Shown here: positions 12,791 to 29,800 of the stretch, piece after piece | How positions within the stretch are numbered: the first letter of the stretch is position 1 | Layout of the letters: each line of letters begins with the position of its first letter | NCBI RefSeq assembly: GCF_039654945.1 | Contig: NW_027361825.1 | Location: 14,880,001-14,944,000, forward strand | Length of the DNA stretch: 64,000 nucleotides | Source of the DNA: Dendrobates tinctorius | Taxonomy: Eukaryota | Direction of reading: 5' to 3' | Translations under genes and position numbers: made by a program | The notes under the pieces: model-generated | What the model was told of the DNA's origin: nothing | Database searches by the model: none | Seen by the model: the letters and a program-made list of their open reading frames with translations, nothing else

Positions 12791-12942
12791 AGAGATGGGA
12801 TATGCTTGTAGCAAATTTTCAGTTATGAGAAGCATTTGTCACGTTTGTGTTATCAGTCTCTTTCTGGATCTGTAAAATTTTCCAATGCGATGTTTAATTT
12901 ATTTATGTTTTTAAGCCTTTGAATTGCGCTCTTTCCACCAAT

Positions 12943-18157
<5,215 letters not shown>

Positions 18158-19083
18158 TTAGTACAGAACTTACACAACATAGGTGTTTTTTTATTTTGTT
18201 CTTTATTCTCCATCTCCGTAAAATTACAATCAGTAAAAAATTTGTAGCATTTTATTATTATATATGGTGAAAGAAAAAAAAATGGTTTATGTCTTTATTC
18301 TCCGAGACCTCCAGCCTTTTTTTCATGGAGTTGTGTGAAGGTTTGTTGTATTGTGCAGTGATGACATTTTTTTAATTCCATTTTGTGGCTTCTTAATTAC
18401 TTTTTAATGTGTTTTTGAGAGGAATTTCAGAGACTCAAGGACAGCAACTCTGGAACTTACATTTCATCAAAAAGAAAAAAAATTAACTTAATTTTATATT
18501 TTGACAGATCGGACTTTTATGGACACGATACCAAATCTTTTTTTTTTCCTTCATTTTTTTTATTTTTGATTTGGAAAAAGGGAAAGTAACTAACTTTTAT
18601 TCATATTTGTAAAACTTGTTTTTCTTTGCATATTTTTGGCGCAAAATTGACAATCTACTTTGAAGCCCAGAAAATGGATGGGCTTTAGAGGAGTACAAAG
18701 ATGGCAGAGACAGGGCCTTCAGTAGGTCCTCAGCTGCAATGGCATACCATTGACATCTCGTGATTTTAGCTCAAGGGGTGAGCGATGGGTGCCGATGTAT
18801 TTGCATCATAGCGACCAGTCCATTTAAATGCTGGTCAGTTGATTGACAGCAAAGTTTAAATAGCAGAAATCGGAGCTTGTTCTGGTTGCTGCTATTATCC
18901 ACAGGTGCTGGCTGTATACACCACATGCCAGGTATGGCACTGAGATCCTAAGTCCACTCTATATACCCGCACCAGATTAAGTAGTACATATCAATACACC
19001 CCAAGTCAGAAAGGGGTGAAGAACATTTTTCCCCCCTCTTCTTTTTAATTATGATATGGCGCACAGCAGGATACGAGTATTAA

Positions 19084-20021
19084 CCCCTTTACCCCAAGGG
19101 TGGTTTGCATGTTAATGACCGGGCCAATTTTTACAATTTTGACCACTGTCCCTTTATGAGGTAATAATTCTGGAACGCTTCAACGGATCTTGGCGATCCT
19201 GAGAATGTTTTTTTGTGATATATTGTATTTCATGATAGTGGTAAAATTTCTTTGATATGACTTGTGTTTATTTGTGAAAAAAATGGAAATTTGGTGAAAA
19301 TTTCACAATTTTCCAACTTTGAATTTTTATGCCCTTAAATCAGAGATATGAGACACAAAATAGTTAATAATTAACATTTCCCACATGTTTACTTTATATC
19401 AGCACAATTTTGGAACCAAAATGTTTTTTGTTACGAAGTTATAAGGGTTAAAAGTTGATGTATTGTAGCGATTGGATAAGGATTAAAATATATATTTTAT
19501 CTTATATTGTGGAATAAAAGTTATATTTTAATCCTTATCCAATCGCTACAATTCATCTATAAATAGGAGTGGATCTACCAGAGCTACAAGGGTTAAAAGT
19601 TGACCAGCGATTTCTCATTTTTACAACACCATTTTATTTTTAAGGACCACATCACATTTGAACTCACTTTGAGGGGTCTATATGATAGAAAATACCCAAA
19701 AGTGACACCATTCAAAACCCACATTCAAGGAGATTATTAACCCTTCAGGTGCTTCACAGGAATTTTTGGAATGTTTAAAAAAAAAAAAAAAAAATGAACA
19801 TTTCTTTTTTTCACAAAAAAAACTTCAGATCCAATTTTTTTTGTTTTCCCAAGGGTAACAGGAGAAATTGGACTGCAAAAGTTATTGTGCAATTTGTCCT
19901 GAGTACACTGATACCCCATATGTGGGGGGGAACCACTGTTTGAGCGCATGGCAGAGATCGGAAGTGAAGGAGCGCCGTTTGATTTTTCAACGCAAAATTG
20001 GCTGGAATTGAGATTGGACGC
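19084..20021 (+). mobile_element. 5' part of the TTAA|CCCCTT element family (copy of 23958 onward), cut by an LTR end at 20022
   Basis: TTAACCCCTTTACCCCAAGGGTGGTTTGCA matches 23954 onward. From 20022 the sequence is the reverse complement of the 3' end of the 8188-9233 LTR family. Confidence 0.7.
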
Positions 20022-22704
20022 TGTTAGGGCCTGCGGAACGCACCTAAAGCAGAGGCTAGATGCGTTCGCAGCCCGGGGTCCACCGTGCAGAGATGGTAAA
20101 CTGCTGTTAGTAATGGAGGACGTGATATGGCGATATAATAAAGGAACATGGGGCCACTGGAGTATGAGAGCCACATAGTGGCGGCTATCATTCTTATGGA
20201 AATACTTCAAAGGTGGGACGGGAGTCTGTTTCCCAGGGTCCTGTTCACAATAGCCTCATGTTATAGCTGCACTATGTGCTCCGAGTCAGAGCAATTCTTC
20301 TGCTCTTTCTCCCCTCTCACGGCATGCAGTCTCACTTACACATGATGAGAGAGGCTGCAACTCCATATTCCTCCTCCCCCCAGCTAATATTTACACCACT
20401 AATCTGAAAGGAAGTTTTTAGGACTGAAGCTTCTGAATATTTACAGACGGGAAGAATATGTCACTTTTATAAAAAAAATATATATATATGTCCCAAAGTC
20501 TGATACTCATGTGTAGCTCATATTTATTAAAAGGCATATTTATAGGAGCAGTAATATAACAAGACGGGAGCCAGAAACAAGATTTATTGTCCACGGTATT
20601 TGGACATGGTACAGAAATAATTGAAGGAAATAGACAATAAATATATTTAGCAACTTAATGTTAAGTTCTGGGAACAAGACATAAAATGAAAAAGGAATGG
20701 TGTAAATATGTGGTGTACATACATGGGGAGAACGCCAGAAAATGAGGATTTTATAGGTTGTCTATAATGATGAAGGTCAGCTGATCGTGGACCTAGAAGA
20801 CACAGCTATTAAAGATAATGATGCAAGTAACACTTTAATTTGGTCTGTCTGCAGCCACCACCAGGGGGAGCTAGTTGAATGATTATTATCGAGTTCAATG
20901 AACTCTTTGCAGTTGGCTCTTGAGCTCCCCCAAGTGGTGGCTTCAGACAAACAGGATTATAGCATTTAATCCTTTGTCACGCCGCCGATAAAGAAATGCT
21001 CATAATTAAGATGCTACGGCCAGAACGGAGTAAGAGTTCTAGTGAGAAGGGATATTTGCAGGGTACCCATTGAGATCATAAGTCTAGACAGATGAAAGTG
21101 AAGATATATCCTAGTGGTAGGAAACACACCTTGTCCAGTCTCCTATTTCTTGCACCCATCAGGTCAACAAAGACAGAATATTTGGGTGTAATTCTTCATT
21201 TGGCAGTGTCAAGATTGCTCTACAGCCCTTTTATCCATCAATTCATCATTTTGTCAGTTTATAATATATTATCAGGTCTGAGCTCCTGCTCTCTTCCCCT
21301 TAATACATAACTAGCACCTTCACTGCCGCACACAAACACCGATCCATAATCAGACCCCGAAAACAAACAGACGCTCAATACAAACTTCCCATAGAGGTCA
21401 ATGGGCTGATCATAAAACACCAGCCGTGTGTCCTTCCTACAGAGTGGCCATTGATTTTTTTTTCTTCATAAATAATACATGCAAATATAAGAAACTTTGT
21501 AATAAATCTTACATTAAAAATCAGCTTCTTTCTCCTCCCGGACTGATCTTTCATTAGCAAAATACCCAGTTCATGAGAAAGGACTGTCCTTAAGGTGGAT
21601 TTTTCCCATTACTGAGATTGGTGATGACAGTTGGTGCTCATAAAGTTCTATGGAACTAGCAGTGGAATGTGTGTGTCGGCCTCAGGCTCCTCTCTCCTCC
21701 ATAGAACCTTATGAGCACCGTCATCTCCAATCTCAGTAATGGGAAAATCTGTCTTCACTGAACATAGATTTTACCAATGAATCGAGAGTGAAAGAGCCAT
21801 TCAGGAGGAGAAAGAAGCAGATTTATCTGACAAAATACATTAAAAAGTTGCTTAATAAAATATAGCATGGATTTATGACATAAAAATGTAAACGACTATT
21901 ACTCTGGTTCTGATCAGCCATTTCTTGGTTACATCCATTACTGGGGAAGCTGGGTTAGAAACGGCATACATATACCGGACATTACAGCTCCCGTAGGGAC
22001 TTTTTTGGGAAGTATCACCATACAACTACTATTCAGAAGTCAGGGAATGACGGCGCTGACAACCATGACGGAGCTCCCTGGACTGTTAATATCGGTTGTC
22101 ACAATAAAACTAAGAACCTTCTGAACAGAAGCTAAAAGAGTCAAAGGTTTTTTTTTTTTTTTTTGCATATTTGATAAAACAAACTTTTTTTTAATCAATG
22201 TGTTTCATTGGATTTCCACTTATTTTTGGTCTTTGTGTCATTTTGTTTTTTACCTTCCACAAGTCACCTATTCTCATTTGCAAAAAAAAAGCAACAACGA
22301 TAGAAAGAAAGAAAAGAGTTGTTGTCCAGAGCTTCTCCTATAAACAGTGAAAAATGGACGGAAAGAATCATGGATGTCATTTGTGTGACATCCCTTATTT
22401 CTCATGGAACCATTGGCTGCAATGAGCAATTGTGATCCTCAAATTGGATAAGTCTCCATTTAGAAAAAAAAAAGTGCACTAGAGAAGGCTCATAAATATG
22501 TCAAAAATATATAACAAAAAATGGATGTCTACATGCAGCCTTAGAGGGGTAATCCCATCTCAAAGATCTTATCCCAATAGGTAGTAGGTGTAATAATAAT
22601 AGCAAATACCTCCAATTAGAAATTTAGTATAGTTCTTCTGATTAGCTATGTCTCTTATCCCATGTGCAGGGCATTGCAGTAGCTTAGGTATCCATGGTTA
22701 TTAA

Positions 22705-23146
22705 AGGGAATCTGTCACCCCTTTTTTGAGATATCATATAATGATATCATTCAATTGTGTGTCACATAAGGATTCTCTTAGTACTTTTGCTTCCCTCTGA
22801 CCCCGCACCTTTCATGCATACCTTTTTTATATCGGTTCAGATGTATGTAAACTGCCACGGTCCAGTCTGCTGGGCGGGGCTTATTCACCTGCTCCCCCCC
22901 CTCCATGCCTTGCTCTGCACAAGAAGAAATGCGTAGAGCAAGACAGGGAGGGGGAGCAGGTAAATAAGCCCCGCCCATCGGACCGGACAGCGGCAGTTTA
23001 CATACATCTGAACCGATATAAAAAGGTATTTATGCATGAAAGGTGCGGGGTCAGGGGGAAGCAAAAGTACTAAGAGAATCCTTATGTGACACACAATTGA
23101 ATGATATCATTATAGGATATCTCAAAAAAGGGGTGACAGATTCCCT
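22705..23146. mobile_element. Near-perfect palindromic Kolobok/T2-type MITE nested in an older palindromic MITE (about 22545-23290)
   Basis: TTAA|AGGGAATCTGTCACC...GGTGACAGATTCCCT|TTAA. The two halves are reverse complements over about 210 bp. Confidence 0.85.
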
Positions 23147-23831
23147 TTAACACTCATATAGTGACAGTTTGTTATTAGTAGTCATAACCATGGATACCCA
23201 AGCTATTGCAATGCCCTGCACATGGGGTAATTACATGGGGTAATCAGAAGAACTATACTAAATTTCCATTTGAAGGTATTTGCTAATATAATGAGGCACG
23301 GACGTTACTAAGAGAAAGATACTTTGCCTATGAAACCATAAAGCTGTTTGGGGTGCCCCCTTTGGCTTATTCTTTTTTTGACCGCTTTCATAAAGGGTGG
23401 CAATATTCATTTATTAGCCTGAGTAGAAAGTGGCTACAAACAGCATCACTCAGGCGGACCTGGCACATTGATGCATTATAAAGATACCCCATTAATTTCA
23501 ATGTAATACTTCATTTCTCAAGTGGAGGTGCTGCAGGGAAACTAGTAGACTATACCTGATCACTGGGGGTTCCTAACAGTATGAGACTGTGCATAAAAAG
23601 CGAGGACTTTAAGGGCTTCTTTAAACTTGGGGGCTGGATCATGTACATAATACGTGGCGCCCACAATTGGAAAGAGCAATGTTCCTTATATTATGGATAT
23701 CTGATGTGACGTGAGAAAACACGCGTGGACATGAATCCGCGTGGGCTTTGTCGTCATACGTTGTATAAACTGGGTGCAGGACATTTCTGGTTTGCATCGA
23801 TTGGTCAGCAAATCATTGAACAGGTCCATCG

Positions 23832-23876
23832 TCATCTGGCACAAGCCGAGCGCTCCACCACAAATCCATAGTCGTA
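23832..23876 (-). CDS. MVB12A: MVB12A last coding exon (YDYGFVVERSACAR*)
   Basis: ttttttcAG acceptor; end of UMA domain; TGA stop. Confidence 0.9.
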   Translation of the reverse strand, partial: YDYGFVVERSACAR

Positions 23877-26800
23877 CTGAAAAAAAATCAAGAGGAAAAA
23901 AGTCACAGTGACGAGATTGGAACCAAAAACAGATGACAAATAATGGGCATTCTTTAACCCCTTCACCCCCAAGGGTGGTTTGCACGTTCATGACCGGGCC
24001 AATTTTTACAATTCTGACCACTGTACCTTTATGAGGTCATAACTCTCGAACGCTTCCATGGATCCCGGTGATTCTGACATTGTTTTCTCGTGACATATTG
24101 TACTTCATGTTAGTGGTAAAATTTCATTCAAATAACTTGCGTTTATTTGTGAGAAAAACGGAAATTTGGCGAAAATTTTGAAAATTTCGCAATTTTCCAA
24201 CTTTGAATTTTTATGCCCTTAAATCACAGAGATAAGGCACACAAAAAACTTGATAACTAACATTTCCCACATGTTTACTTTACATCAGCACAATTTTGGA
24301 ACCAAAATTTTTTTTTGTTAGGAAGTTATAAGGGTTAAAAGTTGACCAGCGATTTCTCATTTTTACAACACCATTTTATTTTTAGGACCACATCACATTT
24401 GAAGCCACTTTGAGGGGTCTATATGATAGAAAATACCCAAAAGTGACACCATTCTAAAAACTGCACCCCTTAAGGTGCTCAAAACCACATTCAAGAAGTT
24501 TATTAACCCTTTAGGTGCGTCACAGGAATTTTTTTGAATATTTAAAAAAAAATGAACATCTAACTTTTTTTCATAAAAAAAATACTTCAGGTTCAATTTT
24601 TTTTATTTTACCAAGGGTAACAGGAGAAATTGAACTGCAAAAGTTATTGTGCAATTTGTCCTGAGTACGCAGATACCTGATATGTGGGGGGGAACGACTG
24701 TTTCGGCGCATGGCAGAGCTCAGAATGGAAGGAGCGCCGTTTGACTTTTTCAATGCAAAATTGGCTGGAATTCAGATTGGACGCCATGTCACGTTTGGAG
24801 AGTCCCTGATGTACCTAAACAGTGGAAACCCCCTACAAGTGACCCCATTTTGGAAACTAGACCCCCCAAGGAACTTATCTAGATATGTGGTGAGAACTTT
24901 GAACCCACAAGGGCTTTACAGAAGTTTATAACGTACAGCGGTACAATTAAAAAATCATATTTTTTCCACAAAAATGATCTTTTCACCCCAATTTTTATTT
25001 TCCCAAGGGTAACAGGACCCTAAAAGTTATTGTGCAATTTGTCCTGAGTACGCTGATACCCCACATGTGGGGGTAAACCACTATTTGGGCGCATGGCAGA
25101 GCTCGGAAGGGAAGCAGCGCCATTTGACGTTTTTGGCTGGAATTGAGATCGGACACCATGTCGCGTTTGGAAAACCCCTGATGTACCAAAACAGTGGAAA
25201 CCCCCCACAAATGACACCATTTTGGAAACTAGACACCCTAAGGAACTTATCTAGATGTGTGGTGAGAACTTTGAACCCCCATGGGCTTCACAGAAGTTTA
25301 TAACATAAAGCCATACAATTAAAAAATCATATTTTTTCCACAAAAATGATCTTTTCACCCTCAATTCTTATTTTTCCAAGGGTAACAGGACCCTAAAAGT
25401 TATTGTGCAATTTGTCCTGAGTACGCTGATACCCCACATGTGGGGGTAAACCACTATTTGGGGGCATGGCAGAGCTCGGAAGGGAAGCAGCGCCATTTGA
25501 CGTTTTTGGCTGGAATTGAGATCGGACACCATGTCGCGTTTGGAAAACTCCTGATGTACCAAAACAGTGGAACCCCCCACAAATGACACCATTTTGGAAA
25601 CTAGACCCCCTAAGGAACTTATCTAGATGTGTGGTGAGCACTTTGACCCCCCCAGTGCTTCACAGAAGTTTACAACGCCCGGGCGTGAAAATAAAAAATT
25701 CGTATTTTTTCCACAAACATGATCTTTTAGTCACCATTTTTTTATTTTCCCAAGGGTACCAGGAGAAATTGGACCCCAAAAGTTGTTGTCCAATTTGTCC
25801 TGAGTATGCTGATACCCCATATGTGGGAGAAAACTACTGTATGGGCACACGTCGGGGCTCGGAAGGGAAGTAGTGACGTTTTGGAATGCAGACTTTGATG
25901 GAATGGTCTGCGGGTGTGATATTGCCTTTGGAGAGCCCCTAATGTACCTAAACAGTGGAAACCCCCCACAAATGACACCATTTTGTAAACTAGACCCCCC
26001 AAGGAACTTATCTAGATGTGTGGTGAGCACTTTGACCCCCCCAGTGCTTCACAGAAGTTTACAACGCCCGGGCGTGAAAATAAAAAATTCGTATTTTTTC
26101 CACAAACATGATCTTTTAGTCACCATTTTTTTATTTTCCCAAGGGTACCAGGAGAAATTGGACCCCAAAAGTTGTTTTCCAATTTGTCCTGAGTACGCTG
26201 CTACCCCATATGTGGGAGAAAACTACTGTATGGGCACACGTCAGGGCTCGGAAGGGAAGTAGTGACGTTTTGGAATGCAGACTTTGATGGAATGGTCTGC
26301 GGGTGTCATGTTGCCTTTGGAGAGCCCCTAATGTACCTAAACAGTGGAAACCCCCCACAAATGACACCATTTTGTAAACTAGACCCCCCAAGGAACTTAT
26401 CTAGATGTGTGGTGAGCACTTTGACCCCCCCAGTGCTTCACAGAAGTTTACAACGCCCGGGCGTGAAAATAAAAAATTCGTATTTTTTCCACAAACATGA
26501 TCTTTTAGTCACCATTTTTTTTATTTTCCCAAGGGTACCAGGAGAAATTGGACCCCAAAAGTTGTTTTCCAATTTGTCCTGAGTACGCTGCTACCCCATA
26601 TGTGGGAGAAAACTACTGTATGGGCACACGTCAGGGCTCGGAAGGGAAGTAGTGACGTTTTGGAATGCAGACTTTGATGGAATGGTCTGCGGGTGTCATG
26701 TTGCCTTTGGAGAGCCCCTAATGTACCTAAACAGTGGAAACCCCCCACAAATGACACCATTTTGTAAACTAGACCCCCCAAGGAACTTATCTAGATGTGT

Positions 26801-29800
26801 GGTGAGCACTTTGACCCCCCCAGTGCTTCACAGAAGTTTACAACGCCCGGGCGTGAAAATAAAAAATTCGTATTTTTTCCACAAACATGATCTTTTAGTC
26901 ACCATTTTTTTTATTTTCCCAAGGGTACCAGGAGAAATTGGACCCCAAAAGTTGTTGTCCAATTTGTCCTGAGTACGCTGACACCCCATATGTGGGAGAA
27001 AACTACTGTATGGACACACGTCGGGGCTCGGAAGGGAAGCAGTGACGTTTTGGAACGCAGACTTTGATGGAATGGTCTGCGGGTGTCATGTGCGTTTGGA
27101 GAGCCCCTGATGTACCTAAACTATTGAAACTCCACACAAGTGACCCCATTTTGGACACTAGACCCCCCACGGAACTTATCTAGATGTGTGGTGAGCACTT
27201 TGAACCCCCAAGTGCTTCACAGAAGTTTATAACACTCGGACGTGAAAATAAAAAAATCATTTTTTTCCACAAAAATGATATTTTTGCCCCCAATTTTTTA
27301 TTTTCCTAAGGGTAACAGGAGAAATTGGACCCCAAAAATTGTTTTGCAATTTGTCCTGAGTAGGCTGATACCCTACATGTGGGGGTAAAACACTGTTTGG
27401 GCGCATAGCAGAGCTTGGAAGGGAAGGAGCACCATTTGACTTTTTCAACTCAGAATTGGCTGGAATTGAGATCAGACGCCATGTTGCATTTGGAGAGCCC
27501 CTGATGTGCCCAAACAGTGGAAACCCCCAATTCTAACTCCAACCCGAACCCNNNNNNNNNNNNNNNNNNNNNNNNNNNNNNNNNNNNNNNNNNNNNNNNN
27601 NNNNNNNNNNNNNNNNNNNNNNNNNNNNNNNNNNNNNNNNNNNNNNNNNNNNNNNNNNNNNNNNNNNNNNNNNNNNNNNNNNNNNNGAAATAAATACATT
27701 TTTTTTATTTTATTATTTTTCCCTAACTAAAGGGGTGATAACGGGGGGTTTGATTTACTATTTATGGCGGTTTTTATGTTTGGCGGCTGTCGCACGCTAA
27801 AAGATGCTTTTTATTGTAAAAATAGTTTTTGCATCACCACATATTGAGAGCTATAATTTTTCCGTATTTTGAACCATCGAGTCATGTGAGGTCTTATTTT
27901 TTGCGGGACGAGTTGACGTTTTTATTGGTACCATTTTCGGGCACGTGAAATTTTTTGATCGCTTTTTATTCCGATTTTTGGGACGCAGAATGAACAAAAA
28001 CCAGCGTTTCATGAATTTCTTTTGGGGGGGGGTGCGTTTACACCGTTCCGCGTGCGGTAAAATTGATAAAGCGCTTTTATTCTTCGGGTCAGTACGGTTA
28101 CAGCGATACCTCATTTAGGTCGTTTTTTTATGTTTTTGTCGGTTTTATGCAATGAAAACTATTTTATATAAAAAATAATTATTTTTGCATCGCTTTATTC
28201 TGCGAGTTATAACTTTTTTATTTTTTTGCTGATGATGCTGTGTGGCGGCTTGTTTTTTGCGGGACAAGATGACGTTTTCAGCGGTACCATGGATATTTAT
28301 ATGCGTCTTTTTGATCTCGCGTTATTGCACTTTTTGTTTGGCGGTATGATAATAAATCATTATTTTTTGCTTCGTTTTTTATTTTTATTTTTTAAGGGGT
28401 TCGCTAAAGGGGTTAACTAATGGGACAGTTTTATAGGGCAGGTCGTTACGGACGCGGCGATACCTAATATGTGTACATTTATTGTTTTTTTTTTTTATTA
28501 TTTTAAAAAAATGAATTTATTGGGGAATATTTTTTTTTTTTTTTTACTAATTTATTTGGCGATTTTTTTTAATTTATTTTTACACTTTTTTTTTAATTTT
28601 TTTTTACTTTATTACATAGTCCCAGGTGGGACATCACTGTCCTGTGACAGATCGCTGATCTGTCACATCACAGATCACTGTGACAGATCAGCAATCTGTC
28701 ACAGGCAGTGCACAAGGCTTCCTCATGCCTGCGCTTTGCAGGCACTGAGGAAGCCAGCTTCCCCAGGCCCCCGAAGGCCCCCGTCGCCATCTTGGATTCG
28801 GGGGCCTGGAGGATAGGAGCCCCCCGCAGCAGCGCTGCACATTGCGCTGCCGTGGGGGGCTCAGGGAAGCACGGAGGGAGCCCCCTCCCTGCCGATGCTT
28901 CCCTTTAACTCCCGGTACACCGCGATCGCGTTTGATCGCGGTGTGCAAGGGGTTAATGTGTCGGGGGCGGTCCGTGACCGCCCCTGACACATTGTGCCGG
29001 GTGTCAGCTGTGATAATCAGCTGACACCCGGCCGCGATCAGCGGCGCTCACCACGTGGGCGCCGCTGATCGCGGTAGACGTACTATCCCGTCCCCGGTCA
29101 TACGGGCCCGGGTACCGTGGACGGGATAGTACGTCTCATGTCAGGAAGGGGTTAAAGGGGTTGTCTCATCCTATTAAATGGGTAAAGTTGCAAAGCGCTT
29201 TAACAAGCAAGATAAGCAAGCAACTTTGCTCTCCAGTAAGAAACTGTTTACTGCTCGTTGTCATGGTTGCCAACCACAGCTGGAGTCTATCAGAGGCCGG
29301 GTTCCTAGGCAAGGAGAGCAGAACTTACAAGCTATTTGCTACTAAGCCTGGATTGTGGATTCCTAGGCAAGGAGAGCAGCACTTACAAGCTCTTTGCTAC
29401 TGAGCCTGGATCGCTGGTTCAGGCCAGCTTCAATGATCCTTCGATAAATTCTGTGTCTACTTGTATTGTGGAAAAGTGCAGTTAGGAGTCAGTGGCTCAG
29501 CCATGACGCTGATACAAGACGTCAATCAAGAAGCAGAGGAGCGGTACGTTCCTGAAGATGGAACAACCTTTTCAACTCTGACGCCCTCTTCAAAATAAAT
29601 AGCTTAAATGATGCAGCATGTCCGTGGTTGACCCCTTCTCGTATCAGGTCTGTGTACGGCAGGCAATATGGCTCAAGTGGTTGTCCCTTTATAGCGGGAT
29701 GCCACTTTTCAGAAACTACAAGCTTCACTATTTATTAGCAAAATGAGCACAAGCTACAGCCGTGACATCACCCACTACTGGTGTCTTTAAGATTTACCTC

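Noticed and set aside
27552-27686. ORFs crossing the N run
   Set aside because: Assembly gap artefact.
24393-27730. Many repeated 60-130 aa ORFs and a regularly spaced repeat array
   Set aside because: These are satellite units inside a non-autonomous element. There are no unique spacers, so it is not CRISPR-like, and there are no protein motifs.
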